A stretch of 64,000 nucleotides of DNA from Antedon mediterranea (GCF_964355755.1 NC_092675.1:19874912-19938911); one strand, 5' to 3'. Positions 40,998 to 54,330 are shown, numbered from the stretch's first letter. The notes: generated by a model not told the origin, from the letters alone. Translations and numbers: made by a program.

Positions 40998-42398
40998 CTG
41001 TAAACAAATCAAAATAAATTATTTAGAAATAACACTGAAAAATCACTGTATATTAATACTATTTGAAAACGAACAAAATAACAAATCACTGTAATTAATA
41101 TTAATATATTAATACTATTATTGGCAATCATAAAAACTACGTGTCGTTTTGATTGTCTGTTCGTCGTATCTAATATTTCAGCTACCGTAGGCCTAATGTC
41201 CTACTTTGTTTGAATTCGTCAACAAAACTTACACTACAACAGATTGTTATGTATATCGCTATACATCCGTATAAAATAAATATAATCTTTTTAACTATTA
41301 TAAACAAATCCACCCTTTAGTTAATAAATAAATACAAGAAACGGCCGCCGGGTATTTTGAATCAAAAAGATAGTTTATTTTGTATCTCGTGGTTCTTTTC
41401 TTCATCAACACACGCGTATATCTGAAACGTGAAACGTTAGAACACACAGGGGAACGATTTGGATCGAAATGATTTTACAAAAGCAAACTTACTTACGACG
41501 AATTTCATACGTTAAGCCGTTTCTATTCTTCTAATTACTGGGTACTTTGACGGTTTACTAAAGCAGATGTTGATTGGTTATGAAAAGCCTATACTAGTAA
41601 TAATGTTTGTTGATTTAAACTATATTTATGTGTGAATTGACTAGGCTACTGTAGCATTGTGTCGAGATCTGAAACGTTTATCTCATTGATTGACTCAACA
41701 ACAATATGTTACCTTAAATCGTGTGAACACGAACAGCCTGAGAACGATTGGAAACCAAACATAGAGTTGTCTTTAAAACGTGAGATTTCAATAAATGAGC
41801 TGGTCTAAATAGTTTGCTAATCCATTTAAACTCTATTAGCTGTATTTTGGAACATGTAATTGAGATTGTGTGGCGGTTTAATCCGATCAATATTAAAATG
41901 TTTAAAGAACTGACTATTTACCAATAACGGTTTGCTTAACTCTTAAACAAGCGACCTGTTTCGTTAGACCACGTCTTGGTGTTCAAATAAAACGGATGAA
42001 TTAAACAGGCAATGATTTTATATTGAAGGATTATGATACGAATAGCTATTGTGCATACGTAGTGGAATTCTAACATTATGCCACACAACATTAATCATTA
42101 TAGGCCACCGTTTTGTAATAGTGTAACATTAACACGTGATATAGAATATTGAAGACGATTGGTTTAGTATCTATCATTTCTTTTGTATTAGTATTATTAT
42201 AGTTACTTATATTAGGAGTCTTTAATTTGTATCCGTTTTTACAAGACATAATTTAAATTTAATTATAGGCCTAGAACCACACTTTAACACGTCGGTAAAT
42301 TAAAGTCCAACCTGAACATAAATGAATACATTTTTTTTTCATTCATGCATTTCATTTCAGATAATAATGTACAAAACAAACGCGAAAAGGGAAAGAAT

Positions 42399-42490
42399 TA
42401 TTATCATGGGCCCTATGAGTTAGAATCATACAGGATAGATAGATATTATCATGGGCCCTATGGGTTAGAATCATACAAGATAGATAGATA
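42399..42490. repeat. ~45-bp tandem duplication
   Basis: TATTATCATGGGCCCTATGRGTTAGAATCATACARGATAGATAGA x2. Confidence 0.8.
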
Positions 42491-42491
42491 G

Positions 42492-42643
42492 TAAAAGGAT
42501 CCCAATGGAAATAAGCTAATAAGCTTTTTGGGCTATCCTGGAAAATCTTTTATAAATTTATTATTTGTAATGTCAGTAATTGATGTTATCACTTTGTATG
42601 TATTTTTTATGATGATTTTCCTAATAAATTCAAATCAAATCAA
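42492..42643 (+). mobile_element. LINE (CR1/L2-like) 3'-end fragment
   Basis: AATAAA followed by TTCAAATCAAATCAA; homologous to 35042-35204. Confidence 0.65.
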
Positions 42644-45600
42644 GTAATTTGCTTTAACTAGCTTAAAGAAACTAAAGTTATCATTTCCCCAAAACATGAC
42701 GAATAACATGGAAGAAAGAAACAGTACCGAGAAGCAAAATGGTGTGTTTAGACAATCACTTTTAAGATAACGAAAGTGGCAGTTAGCAAACATTGAATCT
42801 GTTGCAAGTGTTACGCATGCACGCGTACATTATTATTCTACGTAGATTTAATTGATGATTTAAATGCAAGCGTATTTAACGAAGCCATCAATGTGTCTTA
42901 ATCTGACAGATAATTTCCTTAATTTGCCAGATTAACGCAACAAACAGTGTTTTGACAAGAACGATGGACGTCGACGTAGGATCACTGTGTTGCATTTCAT
43001 CTCAAAGCCTAAACTCGATACCGTGTGGTGGTATTTCAACTTAATAAACTCATTAATGATTGCGATTGATTGATTAAATATCTTGAAAGGCACAATACAA
43101 AATGTAATTAGCCTATCACGGTTGACAATAAACGTTCGTAAAGGCGACTCCTAATTAATACGTTCCTTGGTGATTTTGTGTAACTTTATACATGTGATTT
43201 AATAGACGTCGAACACGCCTTATTGTTTGAGGTAGGTTAAAATATCAACTAGACGAGTCATAAATAGTAATGATTTTAATGGAAACTTTCTAACAGATTG
43301 AATTCAATAGTTTGGGTAGTAAATTACTAGTATACTACTACAATACGTGTGAGAATGTTTCGTTAAAATATTGCTTTTAACGAAAGGTAAATTATAATCA
43401 GTCACCAATTTCATTGAAGTGTTTTTTTTTATATTTGTTGTATGTTTTTTTGTGGTATAACTTCGAATGTAGTTCAATTCAGTGTTCTTGTCTGGCCTAT
43501 ATTATAAAAAAAATATAAAAAGTTAACTAAAAATGTCTACTAAGTATTTGCCAATGAATCTCTATATATTTATCGTTAAATATTACAACACTATTAACAT
43601 AACACTTTAGGTCCTCAAAACCGACAAATGGAATAAATATTGTTGCCGATAACAGTTGATTTTGCCTATCATAAAATTACTGTTACGTATATTATACGAG
43701 AATGTATAGCTGAGATGCAGGGCCTTTATTTAGGTTGCTTCGCCGTTACCGTACATAAGCCTAATGGATCGAAATGCTTTAAAAGCATGAGGGTGGTCAA
43801 ACGTCTCATTTCCGTTACTCGATCCGGATGGATTTATCTCACATAGGGGTAGGCCTACATCAAATGTTATTACCAAGTTATCTGGAAGGGCCTAAGCTTA
43901 TATCACATATGAAAATAACGAAAAACCAAATTTACTTTAGAGGAAACATAAGCTTGATAGATATCTACTGTAAAACAAACTCCGAAAAATGCGGGGCAAG
44001 CCATTATGATTGTATATTTTGAACTTGATTTGTTCATCTTCAAGAATACATTCATACCCGACGATGAACAAATAAAGTTCGAAATATAAAATCAACGGCT
44101 TGCCTCACTTTTGTTTTATTACTATCAACCCTTGGGTTAATACACAAATACATACCGGTACTGAAGTAACGAATATGACTAGCCTAAATAATCTTAAAGA
44201 ATACAATGATTGAATGAATTGAAATTGTCATTGAAAGTTTCCTTTCGCATTGCCACTCTCTATTGTAACCGTACCGTATGAGACAAAAACTTTTAAAAAC
44301 AACCACAAACTAAGAATAAGAATTTATTTGAATATATAACATAGGCTAAAGCCCTCCAACTTATACATAACAATTACTAATAACATTACCGGTGTATTCT
44401 AAAGTTTCAATTTCTTTTATTAACAATTTAAAAAGAAAAAAAACGGAATATATTCCTACAATGATATCTTGTTGTATTTGCTGTTAAACATTTACATCGT
44501 ATTTTTTTCAATCTAACCCAGTTAGATTGTAATACGTACAAAACGCATAACGAGGTATGCATTTATTTAAACAAAAAAATAGGCCTAAGCCTAAAGGTAT
44601 GGTAAATCTTTTTTGGGAATTTTAAACAAAATCAACTGAATGACTGAAAAGTATGATTAGTTGATTAATTGATTAAAAAATCGTTTTGTTTAGGGTTTAC
44701 TAATTTAACAACTGACGATTTATATAGGATTATTCATTCAACTACCGAACCGATAGATATAGGCCTACCCGATAAATCTAGGGCTACCCGATAAATTTAG
44801 GCCTACCTTACAAAATGACAATATTGTACTAATTTATAATGCAACTTATTGTTGATTCATTGTTGAAGATTCAATTTATGGATTTATCGGATTATTGAAA
44901 AAATGGCTAAATGATTGATTAAATAAATTAATTGATCATTTAAAAGGATTTGAATGACACCCTTCAAAGTAAGATATTAATGCACATAGTAACGTAGGTA
45001 AGAATATGATACATAAACAATGACATTTTGATTTCACAATAAACTCATATTTATATTGGTTGGCTTATGTCAACATGTCATTTTTGTTTTGTCGGATTTC
45101 AAACAATTTGTTTCCTATCATTATCAGTACAAAGGTAAACACTTTGAGAGTGCGTTGGTGTAGAGATCTCTGACCTATGATTAAAATGATACTAAAGTAT
45201 CAAACTGATTCAACATTTTGATTATCTGATTCGTTAGAACTATACACGGTAATTCATGTTTAAATAGCCTATTGTTTCGTTAGTATAATCATGGACAAAA
45301 TATATCCATGGTATAATATAGAAGCACGCCGTTTTAGACGTACGGTAGGCCTAGATGTAAATTCATGGATATGGGTTTATCAAATTAAATTGTATGTATT
45401 CGTTCAGTACATTGTGTTATTTTCCACACGTAAAAGTGATGTACTGGAGCATCTTAAAACTATGCTTTCACACAAACGCACGTGAATAATTAGAAATATG
45501 GTCTAATAATATTGTCAAAAAGGGTTACAGTACTAAATATAAATTATTATGTTTATAAAATTTGGCACACTAAATGTACCGTAATGTAACTAAGGTTTAA

Positions 45601-45810
45601 AGTAGGCAAACTTTCTTTCAACAAATGATAGGCCCTATACAAATCATGATTTGAAGATATAATATAAATTAAAAAATAAATATACAGTAAAAACTGCAGC
45701 AAAAGTTTTAACTGTGGTTATCTTCAATTGTAACATAACTTACGACCATACCATGTAAGCCTCAAAACTGAAAAAAAAATTAAAAATTATAAATAAGTAT
45801 AAAAACATAC

Positions 45811-46210
45811 CATCCTCATAATCAAGATCGTCATCTTCATCTTGTTCAAATTTTCTTTTCTTAGCGTCACATTCTTCATAAGAAGCCCCTGGAGTTGACA
45901 TAAGCCCAAATTGTCCCCCGGGTGAGCAGGCCCTAAGCCCAAGTGCTATGGCATCTTCAGCAGCCTGCTGCCGTTTCAAGGCAACCTGCGCCGCCATCAC
46001 CCTCTGTCTTTCAGCAATAAGATTGCACTTAGGACATCTACAGTCTCTAAATCGGCAGTGTCTTTTGTGTCCTTTTAGCCAAGATATAACACCATGGTTT
46101 CGGCAACGGGCACATTTCGGCTTTCGAGATCCTTTCTCTGTTAATGGTCCTCGAAGAATGTTTAAAGTTTGTACATCAATTGAAGACTGATCTAGCGAAT
46201 AGTCCATCAT
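45811..46210 (-). CDS. dmrt93B: Dmrt93B-type transcription factor, exon 1 (DM zinc-binding domain)
   Basis: [65 protein letters not shown]; the ISWLKGH and [11 protein letters not shown] motifs are typical of the Dmrt93B subfamily; donor GAT G|GTATGT (phase 1). Confidence 0.92.
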
Positions 46211-47352
46211 TTTACTTTATGAAGCTGAAGTATTTAAAACTGAGTTTGTGGTTGCTTCTCGAGAAATTATGTCAATTTCCAAAATTGTGCTTCTTTCAAT
46301 ATTATATTGTAAGAAACTTTGGCGAAGTTTACCGCGTACTTTCTAATACAGTTGAATTAAATATAAACAAAAACTGTTCTTGAATTTGACAATTTTCGTG
46401 GTGGTTGCGAAAGAAACGTGGCGTGCGTTTAGCCTATGTTTCTTTAATGAGATATTTACGAAACGTCAAGTCGATAGCACTTTTATGACCATGTTGTTAG
46501 CTTTGTTACAGTTGGTTTAAAGAATACAACGAAGCAATAGGAAGTGTTAGTTGAAATACGCAAAACGATTGGCTAGGTTTGTTTGCAATAAACAAAACGC
46601 AACAATGCTCTTCAAAAAGTCGTCTTACAACGTCTAAACTCAACTTAAATATGTTTATTCGAAACAAAAAAACTACGGGATGAGAATTCTTTGCAATTGG
46701 GGTTCAAAAGATTAGCTCGGCCAAACGCTTGTCAATTGATAGTTGTCTCTTTTTATATGTTTTGATAGCTTTTAAACACTAAAAGAGCCTTCGTAAAGCA
46801 ATATTGTCATCAACGTCACTAATGCACAAGTGTTGAGTGAGATAAAGTGATCTGCGCATTCGCGGTTCAGGTAAACTGCAAGGTGATTGGTGGAAACTTT
46901 AAGTGTTACGCCCACTTTAGAATTGACGCGGTTCTGGTGATGAGTTGACGAAAGGTGTGGTGAAGGTTTCCGTTGTCGTTTGTTACTAGTTAATAACTGC
47001 TACCATACAATGTTGATAGGTGATGATGGATAGCTATGGTCAAGTCTACAATTTGTGTATACACACCGTGACAACTGACGACGGCTAAACATGTCAAAAC
47101 TCACAAACGTTTTACAAAATAATGGAATCGTTACACTGTTAAGGTCTACCAGGTTGGAATTTAACAGTTTTCTAAGCCATCGACCTACATTCAGAGCTAA
47201 ACTAAAGAGTTGACAGACGATACAATTGTATCGCATGAAATCTATCCCATGGTTTTATACAAAAATTGGTGATTACTGAATTTTCGAACAATAGATGATT
47301 GTAATCAGTGAACAACAAAAATGCTAACTTAAGTTATAGACTAAAACATATA

Positions 47353-47962
47353 CCGTAAAACTTCCGTACTGTAAATAGTTATAATAGTAACCCCCTTCTA
47401 ATAGTAACCCACACTCTAATAGTGACCCTCTTCTATTACCGTAGTAACCCACACTCTAATAGTAACCCCCTTCTAATAGTAACCCACACTCTAATAGTAA
47501 CCCCTTTCTAATAGTAACCCACCTTATAAGTCAATCTATAATAATAGCAACCCACTACTCTAATAGTAACCCATGGGGATTACTATTAATCAAAAAAACT
47601 ATTGACAAAATGACATTATGAAGACTGGTCGTTTATAACAGCCGTATTTTGAAAATAGGAAGATAATGCATGTTGATCTCGGGAGTGGGGGGGGGGGGGG
47701 GGTTAGTGTTTTTGAGTTTATAAAAAAAGTTCAAACAAATTTGTTTATTCGTACTGTTTTATTATTTTGCTGAGTTGCTGACCGGAAAAGTTGGGGGTGG
47801 GTTACTATTTTCAGGTGCCTAATTGAAGATTAGTAATAGTAACCCACAACTCTAATAGTAACCCACTAATATTAACCCTCCTTCTAATAGTAACCCACCC
47901 TAAAAAACAATCAAAGAATAATAACCCAGAGTTACAATTAAACTGTATTATAAGATTTACAG
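47353..47962. mobile_element. Tc1/mariner(pogo)-type MITE with internal ~17-bp repeats
   Basis: TA|CCGTAAAACTT ... AAGATTTACAG|TA; arrays of CTAATAGTAACCC(A/C) at 47382-47575 and 47833-47900. Confidence 0.7.
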
Positions 47963-49532
47963 TAAACTTACACTTATACCGAAATCGTATAATTTTAATT
48001 GTTTAATAATGTTTAACAAGTGTATCCTTGTATATTATCAACGATGAATGTGGTTAAAATAGAATTGAAAATGTAAACACAGTTACTGTATAATAATTTG
48101 TGGATTTATCAATTTTATCCGTGAAACAAACTATAACAATGATTCCTAAAATTATGATCTCACACATAACATACAAATATCCATTGAAAGAAGCTAGTGA
48201 ATTCATTACATTAGTTAGTTCGTATCTTAAAGTAAATATATACGCATATTAAGTTAATTATTTCTCTGTAGCAGTTAATCCACAAGAAATTACTATTAGT
48301 CTTTCAAATATTATTTTCGCGAATATAACATAAAAGTGATCAGAGCAAATCAGGATATGGTTGACGCCCCGGGATAAAATGTTTTTCGTACGAGCCTACT
48401 GTGCGCAACTTTCGGAACGTCGTCGCTTATTTTTATACCTACAGATAGGCCTATTCTAAGATTATTCGGGTGTTCTAAAATTAACCACTGTGTAATTAGT
48501 CTATTTCGAAGTAGAATATCTTTAACCATACCACAACGATTAATATCTACCCGTACGTTGTGTGAACGTTTCGAAAGATTCTTGTAAAATAAATCAAACT
48601 TCCATGAAGACGGGCGTTATAAAAAAGAATCGACAAATATGGCTAATTAACAATAAAGCATTTTATATAATTGCATACACACACACACCCATGATACCAC
48701 CAATATACTACTATCGATCAAATTCTATAAATATTCAATAACTTCATTTATGCAAGAGAACACTTCTTCCTCCTCCCTCTCACAACATTTATCAAAGCAT
48801 ATTAACATTTCAACTCGGTAAGAATTGCATTGCATAAATTAACTATGAGTAATTAACTAATTCTATAATACACTAACAATTTCCCCACTACACTAATTAC
48901 TATATAGTTACTTATACATACAGGTAGTATGTCGTAAGCTATCAGGCAAAGATATTCGATGCCATGCAAAGCAGAAATAAATAATTTATTGTTTTTGCTT
49001 CAAATGATTTAAGCCTAGGAATTACATTTGATAAATATTAAACAAAAATATGCATAAAAAATAATGGAATGTCGAATTGAAAGTTCTAGAAGTCTAGAAT
49101 AAATTGGCTTCAAAAAGTTAATAATAAAGTTAATCATTAATATTACTGTTATATTATCCCCGAATTATGTATTATTTGTTGATAAAACGAATATACATTT
49201 TAAAATAGAATAATACACAGTACTATTATACAGCACAATATATATAATACTCAACCTCTTAATCTTATTGTATAACAATAGTAAATGGTATTTTACACTT
49301 TATGTAAATTAGAAATATCATCTTTACAACAACACCCATGGTATATTATAAAGGTTACGCAAGGTTACCATATAGAATTGTCTACTTTAAGTAAGTTAGA
49401 CCCAAGTACTTTTTGTGTCCTTTTGTCCCAGTTTTTTATCCCAGTTTTTTATCCATTTGATTATATACATTCATAAACAAATATATAATGTATATATAAA
49501 CACATTACTGTAGGCATAGAAAGTTAATTCTA

Positions 49533-49683
49533 AATCGGCAGGTTATATATTGGAATTTAATAAATTAATTTGAAACGATAAAATAAGGAAATCTGTGATC
49601 ATGAGAGATTCGAACCCGGACCTTTTGCTTGATATGCAGCTGTCTTAACCATTAGACCATCTTTAACATTCTCGGCATGGTAT
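49533..49683. mobile_element. Decayed partial copy of the twin-tRNA fold-back element
   Basis: Colinear with 17609-17820 including the left terminus, TTAATTTGAAAC, the anticodon arm GCTTGATATGCAG, TAACCATTAGACCA and CTTTAACATTCTCGGC. Confidence 0.75.
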
Positions 49684-50822
49684 AATGTATATATACGATA
49701 TATAGCAGTAAGAAATTACTAGATAGTCTGGTGGTTAGAGTACTCAATACCATTGGTAGAAATATATATATAATATGTATTAAGATATAAGTAAACCCTA
49801 CATGTTAAATAACAAAACTAAGTACTCAGCCTCGATAAAATCTTAGTAGTAAAATAAATAATTCATAATTAATGCAATTATTTCCAACACACAGGGGTAA
49901 TAATGTTAACACCATTCCCATCATAAACTTAATACTGTTTAAAAGTTGGACAAATATTTCAGACAATGTTATTTTCATAATAATTTTAAAATCTTTTTTT
50001 TTTTAATTACTGTGTAAAATAAAACTTGGAATTTATGTTGCGAAATGTTATTTTTAAAATTTAATAATCAATAAAAAAAGAAATGTTAATTTTTTGGCAT
50101 AGCATTTTTTTTTTGGTCCTTTTGTATTAGTGTACAATGCTTTGGGGTTTCATAACACTAGGCACTATGTATATCCATGCTTATATAAACCTAACCATAC
50201 ACAAGAATATATGGTACATAAAAAAACTATGCATTCAATTGTTATATATTTATCGTTTCACTATTTAGCCAAGGATCTACTTCACATATTATATTTATTA
50301 AATATATTCTTATTTTAAATTAAGTGTACATTATGATTTTAAATTTAATTAAGCACAGCTTTTTGCATGATTAGTAGTTTGTGACAAAATACAGAAAATA
50401 TACATACATATTACTATATTATTTTATAAGAACTAACTTAATAATTACTAGTTGCATTAACAGAAAATCTGTAAAAAATTGAAAAAAAAACCCCAAAATT
50501 ACCTTAGATATTTAGCGTACCTCATTTTTTAACGATTGAAAAGAAAAGGAAAATGGAAATAGAGACCTAAATATCTATTATTATTTAATAATTTATCAAA
50601 GTATAAATAAATTGCTTCATAATGATTTTTAAGATTGCATAGTAAGCTCAACAGCAATTAATATTTTATTTAAAAAATTATTTAAATGTTATCTTTTGTT
50701 ATACTGTGGTTTTCTACTGTATATGTTGATAATTAATTCATAACATATTCTGTTGATTATGTATTTATTATTTTAAAACCATTTTTAAAATAAAATTATT
50801 AGAAATGTGTTTTCTATTCATT

Positions 50823-50990
50823 TTAAAAGGTCCAGACATCGTAAGTGGATATGAATGGAATAGTAAAAGCCCAATCTGGTTGTTGGTTCATAAAGGATGT
50901 CAGCTCTGGGGTTGATTTCTTGGCATGGACATAAAAACCACTTACAGCAATGTCAAATATGTCATCTTTATCAGACAGTTCATCAGGTAC
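50823..50990 (-). CDS. ERMP1: ERMP1 coding exon 13 (last)
   Basis: ttcaag|GTA; VPDELSDKDDIFDIAVSGFYVH...PDWAFTIPFISTYDVWTF*; typical ERMP1 C-terminus. The 13 exons sum to 2598 nt (865 aa) with consistent phases. Confidence 0.88.
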   Translation of the reverse strand, partial: VPDELSDKDDIFDIAVSGFYVHAKKSTPELTSFMNQQPDWAFTIPFISTYDVWTF

Positions 50991-51263
50991 CTTGAATATT
51001 GAATAAAACAGAAGATTTAGAAATGAGTTGTGCCACTACCATACCCTAAAATCAGGACCGGGGAACTGTCTTCATATATGATCCATTTCAGGTACCAAAA
51101 TCGTTATTTGTTTTATAACACACCTATTTTTATTCAATGCATCTATCGTAAATCATTGACAAATGCTAGGCTGGGCAGATAGGCCATTAAAAAAGACTGT
51201 GCTCCAACTATAGATGTGGGGTAGAACAGTTATAGATGACCATTAGACAATACTTTTCCGTAA

Positions 51264-51927
51264 AGCCTGTTTTCCTGTCGACGTTATTCGACGCTATCGT
51301 CGATCTCCTACGTACGATTTACGGGAAAGGGTACTTTTTTAATTAACGATGATGATACAAAACGTTGGCAATGTACAGTAAACGACGCTACAATTCGCAA
51401 TTGTTGACAATCGCAAGAGTTGACTCCAGTTCAACTCTAGCGATATCGCAACGCTAAAATGTAAGAACTGACCAATCATCTTGGCGATACAGTACATGAC
51501 GTTACATAATTGATGGCAAATTCTGCTGACTACATTTACTTTGTCTAGCCTTGCCAAAGTGAATATAAAATGATGTTCCGGAAAGTAGGCGTGGGGATAC
51601 TAGGTAGGTTTAAGTATTCTGCCTAGTCCAAAATGCTATTTGGGCTAGGATAAGTCTACTGAAAACGAAGAACCATTAGTATAAAGATATTAGTATGCCT
51701 AGTGAGCCTACTACTAGTAGAGGCAGCGGAATCCTCTATTCATTTCTCGCGTTACGACGACGTCGAGAGAGAAGACATGAGTTTTCAACTTTAACGTTCA
51801 ACGCTGGAAATCAAATGTTCACGCTATCGTTATCATTTCAACTACTTGATCGTTTTCAAACGATCGCCGTTGAATTTTTAACGATTAATGATGATAGCGT
51901 CGACTAACATCAACAGGAAAACAGGCT
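51264..51927. mobile_element. PIF/Harbinger-type non-autonomous element
   Basis: ~35-bp TIR AGCCTGTTTTCCTGTYGAYGTTA.TCGACGCTATC; TAA/TTA flanks. Confidence 0.8.
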
Positions 51928-52050
51928 TTAGGTAGGGCAAATTCCAAATTACACTAACCAATCAAATTGCAAGAATACAATCAGGTGTTTTAAAAAAGGT
52001 ACTAATAAACGAGTAGTGTAATAACATTGTGAGCAAACAAACACACTCAC

Positions 52051-52226
52051 CTGTAATTGCAACCACATAGTCCATGATTGAACATCATAGCCACCACCAT
52101 AGTAAATAAAGTACACACTTCCACCATCACCATCCCCAGTCATTGGTGGCACTTGTGGTGTTAGGGACCAGTTCTGTACTGTACTGCCTGATTTAGGTGA
52201 GATATACACAGTCATGTGTTCTACTC
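52051..52226 (-). CDS. ERMP1: ERMP1 coding exon 12
   Basis: ttgtag|GA...CAG|gtgagt; GVEHMTVYISPKSG...YFIYYGGG...WLQLQ. Confidence 0.88.
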
Positions 52227-52399
52227 CTACAATAGTAGTCACAAACAACAAAATCATAAATATAAACGTTTTGTTAAAAAATTTAAAGGGCAACTCCGGC
52301 TTTAAAATATTCATTTTCAACCAACTTGATAATAATTATACTTTTTACAGTGGTAAAGCATTTTTTTGCTACAAACCATTTTCATTATAAATTATACTA

Positions 52400-52585
52400 C
52401 AGTCAACTCTCCCAATACCAGGCACGTTGGGGGCGGCCAAATATTTCTGGTTTTCTGAAAAGTCTGGTATTCAAAATGTGTTTTTAATAGTAAAAGAAAA
52501 ATTTGGGACCTTTGGTCCTCAAGAAAAGTCTGATATTAGGAGAGTTTCTGGTTTTCAGAGATTCAGGTATTCAGAGAGTTGACTG
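52400..52585. mobile_element. Tc1/mariner-type MITE
   Basis: TA|CAGTCAACTCTC...GAGAGTTGACTG|TA; relatives at 53974 and 58494. Confidence 0.85.
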
Positions 52586-52625
52586 TATTAAATTATACTT
52601 ATATTTCCAAAAGTTATAAGCTAAC

Positions 52626-52735
52626 CTGTAAACTTGAAAGTAAAATTTTGAAGTGAACCCGTCTTGATACGTGAAACAAGATCCAATTTAACGGAATCAT
52701 GATTATGTCTTGAGGCTGGTATGAGAAAGTTTTTT
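52626..52735 (-). CDS. ERMP1: ERMP1 coding exon 11
   Basis: tacag|A...ACA G|gttag; KNFLIPAS...FTFKFTG; phase 2 to 1. Confidence 0.85.
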
Positions 52736-53043
52736 CTGTACAAAATAATAAGTAAAATATTAATAATTTTATTGTGATATTTGCTGTTTTGGGGGAATAG
52801 ACACAAATATTAAAAAAACATTAAATGCACAGATCACAACACATTTTTATATTCATATGAAATTCTCTTTATTTTTCTACCACACTAAACTAAACTTTAA
52901 ATACATATTTCTCCAATCCAGGTTTATGTGGCGCAGGATACTACACTTATGGTAAGAAAGAAAGGCTGAATGGATGGATCTCCCACAAAATAATATAAAG
53001 GATTCTACCAAATTGATAAAGAAATGATAATCATTGCTCTTAC

Positions 53044-53243
53044 TTTAGCATCGGTCTAACAGAGAAATAGAATGGATAGCCACAATATGGTAGGTCAGCC
53101 TCACAGACTGCAAGCTTAGGTGATTCAAGGCCTGCTATATGCTCCAGATCCTTTATTCCTAAGTTATCCATAACCATAAGATGAAGCGTCGAGTCACCAC
53201 TAACTCTAGTGCCAGTTTTATCATAAAAATCCCTGTTAACATG
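53044..53243 (-). CDS. ERMP1: ERMP1 coding exon 10
   Basis: ccacag|CAT...AA|gtaaga; HVNRDFYD...CEADLPYCGYPFY. Confidence 0.9.
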
Positions 53244-53659
53244 CTGTGGCAAAAGATATTCAATTAATAATATTAATAATGTAATTGTAAATAAATAGTT
53301 ATAAATGCAATGTTTTGATATTTACAAAGTATTGTTACACTTCCTCTAGCCATTCACCACATCATTCAAAGTAAATTTCTTAACTTAATCGACGTGACAA
53401 TCGATTCTTCAAGCTTAACATAAACTGAGACCATTTGGATTATGCCCTCTATGAAACCATGGTATCCAAAAGAGTAGCGCCTTCCCAGATCAGCACACCA
53501 GGAAATGGTCCCCTATTATATTTTTTAATAGTGTGCCAAGTTCACTGTAATGTATTTACACAGGATCAGCAGCACGTCCCAGGCTCGACCCATGCCCCTC
53601 TCATAATCTCTTACAATTACGCCATATCAGATCATAATCTTGATATAAAGTTTGCAGTA

Positions 53660-54170
53660 CACCACGTGTATTAGTTCTGAAAAGAACTGTTGAGTTTCTT
53701 GATGTTTTGATCAATATGCTTTGATTGTCCTCAGGAGTGAGAATACAGAAAGTCCAGGAAACTTGGAATATAAGTGGAAAGGGTGGGACTGGTGTGAAAG
53801 CCAGAAACAATGGCAAGTTCACACAGTGGGAGGGATTGAAACTAGCTATAGCAGATTATTGTTTCTCAAGAACAATAGTGAATGGAAACTTGCTATAGAA
53901 GAGCATTGTTTCTGATAGGATAGCATATTGATCGAAACGTCGAGAAACTCAACAGTTTTTTTCAGAACTAATACAGTCAACTCTCCCAATACCGGACACC
54001 TTTGGGCCGGCCAAATAAGTCTGGTTTTCCGGAAAGTCTGGTATTCGGAATGTGTTTTTAATGGTAAATATAAATTTGGGACCTTTTGGTCCTCAAAAAA
54101 AGTCTGGTATTGGGAGAGTTTCTGGTTTTCAGAGAGTCCGGTATTGGGAGAGTTGACTGTACACGTGGTG
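53660..54170. mobile_element. TA-flanked MITE (~60-bp TIRs) with a nested younger MITE
   Basis: TA|CACCACGTGTATTAGTTCTGAAAAGAACTGTTGAGTTTC...; the right TIR is split at its TA by the 53974-54159 insertion. Confidence 0.8.
53974..54159. mobile_element. Tc1/mariner-type MITE (young, nested)
   Basis: Perfect TIR CAGTCAACTCTCCCAATACCGGAC; TA TSD. Confidence 0.9.
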
Positions 54171-54330
54171 TACCGCAAACTTTATATCAACATTTGATTT
54201 CGCCATGCAAACCTTCAAACAATACAGATCATAATCATTATTAACACCACGATAAACATGTTAATTTATATAATGTTTATCTATAAATAATTAGTAGATG
54301 ATGATCGTTGAAATAAATAAATTATATTAC

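Noticed and set aside
45948-46383. Plus-strand ORFs antisense to Dmrt exon 1
   Set aside because: Shadow frames of a GC-richer coding exon; no recognisable domain.
47382-47900. Interstitial telomeric repeats (TAACCC)
   Set aside because: TAACCC is part of a ~17-bp unit inside a TA-flanked MITE, not a hexamer array.
53846-54197. 110-aa and 89-aa ORFs
   Set aside because: They lie wholly within nested MITEs; similarity between them and 53601-53822 comes from the TIRs.
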